Part shown: positions 11,621-22,734 of the stretch, in pieces
Position numbering within the stretch: position 1 is the stretch's first letter
How the letters are laid out: each line of letters starts with the position of its first letter
NCBI RefSeq assembly: GCF_006345805.1
Contig: NW_021832884.1
Coordinates: 1-29,702, forward strand
Origin: Octopus sinensis
Lineage: Eukaryota
Length of the DNA: 29,702 nucleotides
Direction of reading: 5' to 3'
Notes under the pieces: model-generated
What the model was told of the DNA's origin: nothing
The model's input: the letters and a program-made list of their open reading frames with translations, nothing else
The model's database searches: none
Translations under genes and position numbers: made by a program

Positions 11621-13179
11621 ACCAAACATCAACGTTCACTTCCTAAGAGTATTCAATTAACTTTAAAACAATTGCGAATGTCTCATCATTATTTTCTGCC
11701 CTTGGAATCGAACTTCTTCAATAACAATGACTGTTTGCTCTTACCGTTTTCTATACTATGCCGTGTACTAAATTTAGTTGGCGTAAAAGTATGACAATTT
11801 GAAAACCTGCTGGATTATATGCATACAGTAAATACCAAGAAAATGATTAAAACTCGGTATTAACTAGTAATCTAATCATACAAATGCATTTAGTATTAAG
11901 TTACCTCAGGCGAATGGTCAGATCGAAATAAAGACAAGGAATAAATTTTGAATAAATTCTGAACCGCAGAATCCAAACATCAGCAATGTATCTCTGCCAC
12001 ATTCGGAAGCCTCTGTTTATTTTCAGCATTTATTTTATTGTTGGTCAAGCTTGGTGTGTTGAAACCAATGACCAGGAGAATATCAATGCGAAAGCCATTC
12101 TATTAAATATGGCATTGTAATTTATTGTTATAACAGAATATAAAGGAGCAATTGCCGTTCGAAGATTTAGAGACGTGACAGTTGTAATAGAGATAGTGGC
12201 GAAGGGTTAGGGAAATATAAAGCGTTCTCACATAAACAGGGCACGAAGGTCAATGGTTTACATTGTAGGCGATATTAGTAACACACTAGAGTCAGCAATA
12301 TGTCGCAGAGCTATCAGCTACCAAGCTACTAGCAATAATACAAATTAGTGAAATGAACCGAATTAACTCGGTGATGCATTCAGCTGAATAGTATCATCGA
12401 TAGATTAATGTTTATTTTTGACTGCTGACCTACGTCCGATTGATGAAATGGCCGTTACTGGCTACCAATACGAATGAATAGTACTATATGCAATTACTTT
12501 TTTTATGGGTGTCCGGACGGATTGTTGACCATGATTTGCATCCAGTTGGTAAATAATTGGATTAGGGGATTAATTCAGTGTTCCCGACAGAGACGGACAT
12601 TAGGCGTTAGGGATTTTCTAAAGTCGCTTTCATAGCGTCCACTGTCTGAAAGAAAAATAGCCTGTTCAACAAAGCGAATAATGTCAAATGACTGTGTGTG
12701 TTTAGTGCCAACGCTATCACCATATTCTTTACTACTAATTGAATCAAGAGTCCAAGAGTGTAAAAGTCTCCATTAATCATTATTCTATGGTGTTCGACTT
12801 TATTATAACGTTCTTATTTAGTCCTCAGATTCGTTAATGAACTTCTATATGAGTAATTTAGTAGCTTCGCTCGAATTCACTTAACTCCTCTTACGATTCG
12901 CTCGCTGATATTACAGCAAATTCGAAATTTGACAGTGAAAGTAATGAAAGGTAGTTTATTAATGATATGAATATGTATTTTAATGCATTAATTGCATGTT
13001 TTGTGTATTTTAATTACTACTTAGAACATAATTTTTAAACAATAAATTATATATAAGACGCTGGATTGACAGAATTACTAAGCAGTGAATGGAATTCATT
13101 TCGATTTTTATTTATTCATAACCGTTTATTATAGGAAAATGTATGAGATTGCTTTTGTAAATTTTATCTTTTATATATC

Positions 13180-13221
<42 letters not shown>

Positions 13222-13225
13222 ATAT

Positions 13226-13275
<50 letters not shown>

Positions 13276-13316
13276 CATACATATACATATATATATATAT
13301 TACATACATATATATA

Positions 13317-13363
<47 letters not shown>

Positions 13364-13425
13364 CATTATCTCTTATAACCTCAACTTCTCGCTATATACA
13401 TATACATACATATATATTATATATA
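13180..13425. repeat. (TA)n microsatellite
   Basis: Direct reading. Confidence 0.95.
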
Positions 13426-13689
13426 TTTTAATTACTACATACAGCTTCTTGTATGATAATAAATTATAGATAAGAATGCGGTGGGTTGGCAGAATCGGTA
13501 AGCAGTGGGGAAATAATATGTTGTTAAATTGAAGTTCAAATTTATTCGATAGTGACAAACACTTTTATACTTTCGTATTCCATTGAAATAAGTATACAGC
13601 AAAATATTGACCCTATCTACCATAACACTGCTCCGCCTTCAAAATCCTGAGCATTTTAGAAACCCTTAGCTATAACAAATGGAGCGGTT

Positions 13690-13886
13690 AAGGCTGCGAG
13701 CTGGCAGAAACGTTAGCGCGCCGAGCGAAATGCTTAACGGTATTTCGTCTGTCGCTACGTTCTGAGTTCAAATTCGCCGAGGTCGACTTTGCCTTTCATC
13801 CTTTCGGGGTCGATAAATTAAGTATCAGTTTCGCACTGGGGTGGATACAATAGACTTAACCCGCTTGTCTTCCCTTGTTTGTCCTC
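13690..13886 (+). mobile_element. SINE family A, 3'-truncated, fused to an inverted array
   Basis: aaggctgcgagctggcagaaacgttagc...gagttcaaattc...cttgtttgtcctc. Confidence 0.95.
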
Positions 13887-14343
13887 GGCGGAATTTGAAC
13901 TCAGAACGTAGCGGCAGACGAAATACCTATTTCTTTACTACCCACAAGGGGCTACACACAGGGGGGACAAACAAGGACAGACCAACGGATTAAGTCGATT
14001 ATATTGACCCCAGAGCGTAACTGGTACTTATTTAATCGACCCCGAAATGATGAAAGGCAAAGTCCACCTCGGCGGAATTTGAACTCAGAACGTAGCGGCA
14101 GACGAAATACCTATTTCTTTACTACCCACAGGGGGCTAAACACAGAAAGGATAAACAAGGACAGACCAACGGATTAAGTAGATTATATTGACCCCAGAGC
14201 GTAACTGGTACTTATTTAATCGACCCCGAAAGGATGAAAGCAAAGTCGACCTCGGCGGAATTTGAACTCAGAACGTAATGGCAGACGAAATACCGCTAAG
14301 CATTTCGCCCGGCGTGCTAACGTTTCTGCCAGCTCGCTGCCTT
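13883..14343 (-). mobile_element. SINE family A concatemer (head, two units and a partial unit)
   Basis: gaaatacc at 13920, 14104 and 14287 (period 184/183). Confidence 0.95.
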
Positions 14344-14351
14344 CCACTTAA

Positions 14352-14573
14352 TAATGATGGATTCAACTTTTTGACACAAGGCCAGTAATTTTGGGAAAGC
14401 ATGTAAGTCGATTACATTGACCCCAGTAATCAAGTGGTACCTATTTCATCTATTCCAAAAGGATGAAAGGCTAAGTGAACCATAGCAGAATTTGAAATCA
14501 GAACGTGAAGCCGGAAGAAATGTTGCTAAGCATTTTGTCCGGTGTGCCAACGATTCTTCCAGTATCCAGCCTT
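14352..14573 (-). mobile_element. Old SINE family A copy with alternative tail
   Basis: Diverged core gtcgattacattgaccccagt...ggatgaaagg...tttgaaatcagaacgt. Confidence 0.85.
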
Positions 14574-14596
14574 ATAATTAGTAATACTTTCTGCGA

Positions 14597-14981
14597 TACT
14601 CTTTACTTGTTTCAGTCATTTGACTGCGGCCATGCTGGAGTACCGCCTTTAGTCAAATAAATCGACCCCAGGATGTATTCTTTGTAAGCCTAGTACTTAT
14701 TCTATCGGTCTCTTTTGCCGAACCGCTAAGTTACAGGGACGTAAACACTCCAGCATCTGTTGTCAAGCGATGTTGGGGGGACAAACACAGACACAGACAC
14801 ATATATATATATATATACATATATACGACGGGCGTCTTTCAGTTTCCTTCTACCAAATTCACTCACAAGGATTTGGTCAGCTCGAGGTTATAGTAGAAGA
14901 CACTTGCCCAAGGTGCCACGCAGTGGGACTGAAGTCGGAACCATGAGTTTAGTTAGCAAGCTACACAGCCGCTCCTGCGCC
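14597..14981 (-). mobile_element. SINE family B, near full length
   Basis: Reverse complement of 16943-17342. Confidence 0.95.
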
Positions 14982-15004
14982 TGGGTAAAAAAGAAAAAAA
15001 GTAT

Positions 15005-15130
15005 TTTTCTGGGAACGAATTACGATTTATAACATTGCTACTATGAGAAATTATTACTCTGCTTAACGAGTTTTCGTTTTACGAGCGACATTCAGAAACA
15101 AATTGACTCGTATATCGAGACATTACATTA
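15005..15130. mobile_element. Possible Tigger/pogo-type DNA transposon right-end remnant
   Basis: ggaacgaatta...ttaacgagttttcgttttacgagc...actcgtatatcgag resembles the subterminal repeat pattern of Tigger-type ends; no matching left end found. Confidence 0.35.
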
Positions 15131-15454
15131 CACATTTGATAATGCAATCCAGAGATCTCTGCTAGTAGGGGAAATATCGATGGTCATTGATTAATTCTAT
15201 TTGTACGTGTGTCTGCTCGATCAGGTTTGACCTGGGGCTATACATTAACAACTGCACGTTAAACCTACAGCACAAGTTCCATATTGACACGCGTTCAAGT
15301 TTTTAAAAAAAATCATCCATACTTAGAGAAGTAGATACTGGATAAGGTTATCGAGTTCATAGCTCATAGTAACGAACAAAATGAAGGATCACCGTAGGTA
15401 TGTCTTGGAGCATGGAACTTCTTGATCGGGATGACGAGGAACTAAGCAATTATC

Positions 15455-15490
15455 ACTACTACTATTACTACTACTACTACTACTACTACT
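15455..15490. repeat. (ACT)n microsatellite
   Basis: Direct reading. Confidence 0.95.
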
Positions 15491-15589
15491 TTACTTCAAC
15501 GAATTGACCATGAAGGTCGCACACAGACAAAGGTAGCTGCGGGCTGGACAGAGACATTAATGTGTATGAAAACGACAAAGATGGGAAAA

Positions 15590-15978
15590 AATAATAATAA
15601 TAATAATAATGGGAGGGGCACTGGCGCCCGCCGACCGATAACCCCTCGAAATCACTATTCAATTTAAATCAATATAAATCAAAATTATAATCACAAAAAT
15701 TCAAAAATTACAATTACAAAAATATATTTTTCATTATTCTTCGTCTTCCTCATCGGGGCCCCCAAGTAAGTTTTCTGCCGCCTGCAGGGCAGACTGCATC
15801 GGCAGGACCGGACCGAGGGAAACAAAATCTTCTTTGTTACAGGTCTTCCTGACCTCAATCAGTTCTTTCTGATTTATGACCCCCGCAGCCACCTGCGGAG
15901 GCCAACTTGGACAGTCTATACAGGTCGAGTCGTATCGCTTTCGGTCTAGTGGACTGTCCAAGTATAACTCAACAGGCC
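15590..15978 (-). mobile_element. Probable 5'-truncated retroposed 3' end (ORF C-terminus, 3'UTR, stem-loop, (ATT)n tail)
   Basis: GC-rich open frame ending ...AAENLLGGPDEEDEE* (15734-15961), T-rich 3'UTR, GAGGGG/CCCCTC hairpin at 15613-15647, then (ATT)n. Confidence 0.45.
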
Positions 15979-15979
15979 A

Positions 15980-16552
15980 CTACTGCTACTACTACAAATA
16001 CAAACACTGCTTCATGTAGGGGCCTGCATTTCAGTCTCCAGTCAGGCAAAGGCTTGTTATCACCATGGATTGCCCAAAATCATTAGTCCGACCAGCTGTG
16101 TGCCATCAACAGTATATCTCGCAATCCAAACGGAACAAGTCTACTGCTACATTTCTTTCCTAAAATGGTCTGATGTTGTATTTTCTGCTGTTGCTGTTGA
16201 GCGAAGCAGTCTTCGTCCCAGTGGGAGGAGTCCGAAACATGGTCCTTTGCAATTCGTGAGACCCGCAGAAGAGAAAGCAGGTCAACCCCCGACACCGAGA
16301 GCATCGACGGATGGCTGAATGCGCATCCAGGCTCAGCGGTTGCGTAGGAAGTCGGGGACAAGAAACAGGAAGAAAGAGTGAGAGAAAGTTCTGGTGAAAG
16401 AGTACAGCAGGGATCACCACCATCCCCTGCCGGAGCCTCGTGGAGCATAGGTGTTTTCGCTCAATAAACACACACAACGCCCGGTCTGGGAATAGAAACC
16501 GCGATCCTAGGACTGCGAGCCCGCTGCCCTAACCACTGGGCTATTGCGCCTC
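15980..16552 (-). mobile_element. tRNA-derived SINE family C, long-tail form (~570 bp, (TAG)n end)
   Basis: Head gaggcgcaatagcccagtggttagggc...ggtttctattccc; first ~185 bp shared with 25527-25710. Confidence 0.85.
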
Positions 16553-16942
16553 TGATGTTGTGTTTGAGTTATGAACCGTTGTTAGTTACAAATGGTGGAG
16601 GCGGTGACAGTGGTGCTTGTGACAGTAAGGTCAGTAGAGTACTAGTCCCTCTACGTTCTAGTTTATCTGGTCATAAGTACAAGAAGTTTCTTCTTTTTAA
16701 CTATCTTACGAACAACTGTTTCAGTTTTGTCATTAGAGGTGCAGTGAATCAGTGACAGACCCGGAGGACACATGTAAGCAATTACTCGATTTTTCACTAA
16801 TTGCCGTATAAAATGTAAACAAAATAAATCAATAAATATTTTGTCACCAATTCATATTCGTTAGACGCCATAAATATATTATAAACATATATTACTGTCT
16901 CGTGAAAGTAGGGGCATTTTTATTAAAGGATATCAAATAATA

Positions 16943-17342
16943 GGTGCAGGGGTGGCTGTGTGGTAAGAGCTTGTTTACCAACCACATGGTTCCGGGTTCA
17001 GTCCCACTGCGTGGCACCTTGGGCAAGTGTCTTCTACTATAGCCTCGGGCCGACCAAAGCCTTGTGAGTGGACTTGGTAGACGGAAACTGAAAGAAGCCC
17101 GTCGTATATATGTACATATATATGAGTGTGTGTGTGTGTCTGTGTTTGTCCCCCTAGCATTGCTTCACAACCGATGCTGGTGTGTTTATGTCCCCGTCAC
17201 TTAGCGGTTCGGCAAAAGAGCCCGATAGAATAAGTACTGGGCTTACAAAAGAATAAGTCCCGAGATCGAGTTGCTCGATTAAAGGCGGTGCTCCAGCATG
17301 GCCGCAGTCAAATGACTGAAACAAGTAAAAGAGAAAAAGAGT
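16943..17342 (+). mobile_element. SINE family B, full length
   Basis: A-box-like tggctgtgtgg, B-box-like gggttcagtccc, CORE-like ccttgggcaagt, internal TA/TG tract, tail acaagtaaaagag; possible short TSD taatag. Confidence 0.95.
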
Positions 17343-17590
17343 AATAGTTGTAGTTAAAAAAACAAAAAAACTAGGGTGTAGTGAGTAACAAAATATTATA
17401 CGTAACTCGTAGGTTAATCGATAAGTTAAGAACACCCCACCCCTTTTATCTCTGAAGAGACAGTTGTCAAAAGAATCTTTTTGGTGGTGTAACATATGAG
17501 ACATGTTTTTCTAAAGAGATGGTCATCTTTGGAGTCCAATAACCGAATGCAGCCCTGTGATATGTATTTATGACTAACTATACTGAACTT

Positions 17591-17999
17591 ACTCTCTCTT
17601 TAATCTTTTACTTGTTTCAGTCATTTGACTGCGGCCATGCTGGAGCACCGCCTTTTTAGTCGAGCAAATCGACCCCAGGACTTATTCTTTGGAAGCCTAG
17701 TACTTATTCTATCGGTCTCTTTCGCCGAACCGCTAGGTTACGTGGACGTAAACACACTGGCATCGGTTGTCAAGCGATATTGGGGGACAAACACAGACAC
17801 ACAAACCCATACACACATACATACATATATACATATATACGACGGGCTTCTTTCATTTTCCTTCTACCAAATCCACTCACCAGGCTTTGAACAGCCCGAG
17901 GCTATAGTAGAAGACACTTGCCCAAGATGACACACAGTAGAACTGAATCCAGAACCATGTGGCTGGTAAGCAAGCTACTTCCCAAACAGCCACTCCTGT
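17591..17999 (-). mobile_element. SINE family B, full length
   Basis: Reverse complement of 16943-17342. Confidence 0.95.
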
Positions 18000-18214
18000 C
18001 TTTCTTTTTCTAAGGCACCAGGTGTGTTTAAAACGTGATATGACTGCTATACTTAGCAGCTTATGTGTCTAAGTAGGGTATCTATTTATTTGTAATGTGC
18101 TGATAACCAAGTATTCTGTCAGAGCAGAGGATATATTTTAGAAATTAAGAACAACACAAGATATTCTATTATTCGAAAAGTTATCATTGTGTCGTTAATA
18201 TCAACTGATTTAGT

Positions 18215-18613
18215 AAGGCGACGAGCTGGCAGAAACTTTAGCACGCCGGACGAAATGCGTAGCCGTATTTTGTCTGCTGTTACGTTCTGAGTTCAAATTC
18301 CGCCGAGGTCGACTTTGCCTTTCATCCTTTCGGGGTGGATAAATTAAGTACCAGTTACGCACTGGGGTCGATATAATCGACTTAATCCGTTTGTCTGTCC
18401 TTGTTAGTCTTCTCTGTGTTTAGCTCCTTGTGGGTAATAATGAAATAGGTATTTCGTCCGCTACTTCGTTCTGAGTTCAAATTCCCCCGAGGTCGACTTT
18501 GCCTTTCATCCTTTCGGGATCGATAAATTCAGTACCAGTTGCGTACTGGGATCGATATAATCGACTGGCCCCCATCCCTCAATATTTCAGGCCTTTTGCC
18601 TGGAGTAGAAAAG
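18215..18613 (+). mobile_element. SINE family A chimeric dimer with 16-bp TSD
   Basis: Head, unit 1 (usual tail), junction gaaataggtatttcg, unit 2 (alternative tail); flanked by aatatcaactgattta (18197-18212) and aatatcaaatgattta (18614-18629), 15/16 identical. Confidence 0.9.
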
Positions 18614-18719
18614 AATATCAAATGATTTACAGTGATATACATATATTCCTGTAGTTCCCTCAGCGTGATCGACGAGTGAACAAACAATCATCAAACATGT
18701 GAAAATTTGAACTTTGGGG

Positions 18720-19618
18720 GATTGGATCGACACCAGTACGCAGCTGGTACTTAATTTATCGACACCGAAAGGATGACAGGCAGAGTCGACCTCGGTGGAA
18801 TTTGAACACAGAACGTAGCGGCAGTCGAAATACCTATTTCTTTATAACCCACAAGGGGCTAAACGCAGAGGGGACAAACAAGGACAGACAAACGGATTAA
18901 GTCGATTACATTGACCCCAGTGAGTAACTGGTACTTAATTTATCGACCCCGAAATGATGAAAGGCAGAGTCGACCTCGATGGAATTTGAACACAGAACGT
19001 AGCGGCAGACGAAATACCTATTTCTTTACAAACCACAAGGGGCTAAACACAGAGGGGACAAAGAAGGACAGACGAACGGATTAAGTCAATTACATTGACC
19101 CCAGTGAGTAACTTGTACTTAATTTGTCGACCCCGAAATGATGAAAGGCAGAGTCGGCCTCGGTGGAATTTGAACACAGAACGTAGCGGCAGACGAAATA
19201 CCTATTTCTTTACAACCCACAAGGAGCTAAACGCAGAGGGGACAAACAAGGACAGACAAACGGATTAAGTCGATTACATTGACCCCAGTGCCTAACTGGT
19301 AATTATTTAATCGACCCCGAAATGATGAAAGGCAGAGTCGACCTCGGCGGAATTTGAACTCAGAACGTAGCGGCAGACGAAATACCTATTTCTTTACTAC
19401 CCACAAGGCGCTAAACACAGAGGGGACAAACAAGGACAGACATAGGTATTAAGTCGATTACATCGACCCCAGTGCGTAACTGGTACTTAATTTATCGACC
19501 CCGAAAGGATGAAAGGCAAAGTCGACCTCGGCGGAATTTGAACTCACAACGTAACGGCAGCCGAAATACCGCTAAGCTTTTCGCCCGACGTGCTAACGAT
19601 TCTGCCAGCTCGCCGCCT
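18720..19618 (-). mobile_element. SINE family A concatemer (head plus ~4.6 units of 184 bp)
   Basis: gaaatacc at 18827, 19011, 19195, 19379 and 19563. Confidence 0.97.
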
Positions 19619-20641
19619 TTATGTTCATAAAATAATGTTAGTATACTGTTATCTAGTATCCCATCCGATGTTTTCCTTTAACAAAACAACCCCTTGCTAT
19701 AATTAAATGATAAAATTAAATGTCCTTTAACAGATAAGAAAAGGTACATAAATTCTCACAGAGAAATAGTAAGCCTAGAATTATTTGATTCGACGCCCCA
19801 TTCAATTTTGCTATTGGTATTGTATAATAAAACATTTACGTTAATAATTATATGCGTTTTAATAGGAATAATGCCAAATTAAGAATTACTTGAGCATAAT
19901 TTTCCCCAGGAATAGCAAATATTCAGAGAAAAAGTTTTAACCGACTCCCTACATCCCGATCTTTTTCTGAGTGCCATTGTATTACCCCTTTAAATTGCCC
20001 ATTAACTACTTGAAATCGATATGGTTAATTGTGAGAAACTATTTGTAGCCAGCTAATGATACAGTTTCAAGTAATTATATGAGATTGATTGAGAATCTTT
20101 TCAAATTTTCATATAATTAACATCAAAGTATGTTCGTAAAATTTGACATAAATTTAGAAGCTACAAAATAATTTGAACATAGTACAAACAAGTGAAACAT
20201 TGTAATTGGGGAATCGAAGGAACTCATATTGCAGAGTAAACGATAAATATATTTCCCCACAAATTACATTTTAAACCCTGATTCAAGAGCAATATCGTAT
20301 TATCCCGTCATATCTTAATTTTTTTAACAAATTTTGCAATAAGCAGTCGTTGAAACCTCAGACCTATTACTGCATTCTGTACAGATTAAAATACAGAAAT
20401 TGGTACGGATATCTTATGTTAATATGTAATTCGCATTCAAAATATGTGTCCCCATTAATCGAAATATATGTAATGGGATAATAATAATAATAATAAAAGT
20501 GATTATAATAATAATAGTGGTTTATCATAAGGTTTTGTCTAACAATTTGATATAGCTTAAATCCCTTTCATTTATTGCTTAGAACTGGTTTTACGTGAAA
20601 CTGAAAGACGTATTTCGTTAAGAATCCACTTGAAACAAAAA

Positions 20642-20749
20642 ATATATACCTATATATATATAAATATGTGTGTGTGTGCGTGTGTATGCGTGTGTGTATA
20701 TATACATATATATATATAATATGTGTGTGTGTGCGTGTGTATGCGTGTG

Positions 20750-20791
<42 letters not shown>

Positions 20792-20974
20792 TGTACGTAT
20801 GTATGTATGCATGCATGGGTGTACGTATATATATATATATATATATATATAGATAGATAGATAGATAGATAAGTACATACAAGCATACATACATGCATAC
20901 ATACATATACAAATATTCATAGATTCACACACGCACATACCCACACGCACACAAACACACACACACACACACAC

Positions 20975-21009
<35 letters not shown>

Positions 21010-21075
21010 GTGTGTATGTGTGTCTGTATATATATATATACACATACACACATATATATATGAATATACATATAC
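20642..21075. repeat. (TA)/(TG)/(CA)/(TAGA) compound microsatellite
   Basis: Direct reading. Confidence 0.95.
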
Positions 21076-21330
21076 GTACCGACGCAAAAATACAATCACG
21101 TGTGTTTGTGTAAAGGTTTGTCATAATTTCAGTGTTTCTGAAAATCAATTACAGAGATGTTTCTTTCCCCCAGTGATGAATATATTGCTACAGGCATTAT
21201 AGGATCGATACTGATTGCATGTAGTTATAGGTATAGTTCAATACACTGTTTGGTTCATTCATTATAGATGCGTACACCAAAACAAACACACACGTGCACT
21301 TACTCACACACACACACACATATATATATA

Positions 21331-21550
21331 TGAAGCTTTCTTCCAGGGGATCTAATGAGCTTGGCTTAGATTTCCCTTGGCGGGCTGGCCATATCGGAGC
21401 AATCTCAAGATTAATCAGCCGAAATTGCTAAGATGATCTGGTTCTTGACTGATGACTGAGGGCTTCGAATGTCCCGTCCTGTGGTTCTTGTGTCGTCCCT
21501 GTGGTGTTTCATGTTCTTGTCCATGTCTGTAATTATTTTTACTGTTTACC
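21331..21550 (+). mobile_element. GC-richer insert within (TA)n, Penelope-terminal-repeat-like, structured
   Basis: Bounded by (TA)n on both sides; long imperfect hairpin at 21363-21420 followed by GAAA; CTAATGA and CTGATGA motifs. Confidence 0.4.
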
Positions 21551-21689
21551 TATATATATATATATATATATATTCTTCTCGTTTTTGCTTTCGCTTTTTA
21601 TTTTATTTTTGCGGCCAATATTTAAAAAAACAGTGAATTATTGTCATTTGTAATGTGTACAATGCGTTTGTTCGTGTTTACTTCTTTAA

Positions 21690-22235
<546 letters not shown>

Positions 22236-22734
22236 AGCCATAGCCTATATGATTCCCTGCCGTTAAAGACGTGATAGTTGCTCTAAATATTGGGAAATGG
22301 CTCATGATTGCTAATTGATGTAAACTAACGAAAATACAAACAGGGACATCTCCAGGCAACAGTAATTATGTATCTTATTTACTCGGAGTAAACATATATA
22401 ATTGCTGAGGTAAACATAACGCTGTTAACGCTGTGATGATATATTTCTACAGAGTAAATCATTTATCTCAAAGACTGTTATTATATCTCCGAAGCTAGAA
22501 AGTGTTTCTCTTCCCGCAACTACTTGTTCACTGCAAAGCTAAGGTAAGGTTTTGAATCAAATACTGCTGCCATGTTTGGGACCTGGCAGCCATGCATAGA
22601 GGCGCCTTAGACAGCATCGATGTAAAGATATGTTGAGTGATTGGCATGATGTTACAAGCGCAATCCAAACTTTGGTCCTACAGACGGGTTGCGTCCTCTT
22701 GCAGGAGTAAATGTTTCCCAAACCTCCCTTTGAT

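Noticed and set aside
15622-15630. TGGCGCCCG resembling a tRNA-Lys primer-binding site
   Set aside because: The match stops after 9 nt, there is no LTR upstream, and it is part of the terminal hairpin
16070-16477. Overlapping 82-121 aa ORFs
   Set aside because: They lie inside the GC-richer SINE C body; no recognisable domain
17450-17490. CTGAAGA-GAC-agtt-GTC-AAAA hammerhead-like motif
   Set aside because: Lacks the essential G of GAAA and a properly placed stem I; likely chance
18720-19618. CRISPR-like regular array
   Set aside because: Whole 184-bp units repeat with no unique spacers; no cas genes; eukaryotic context
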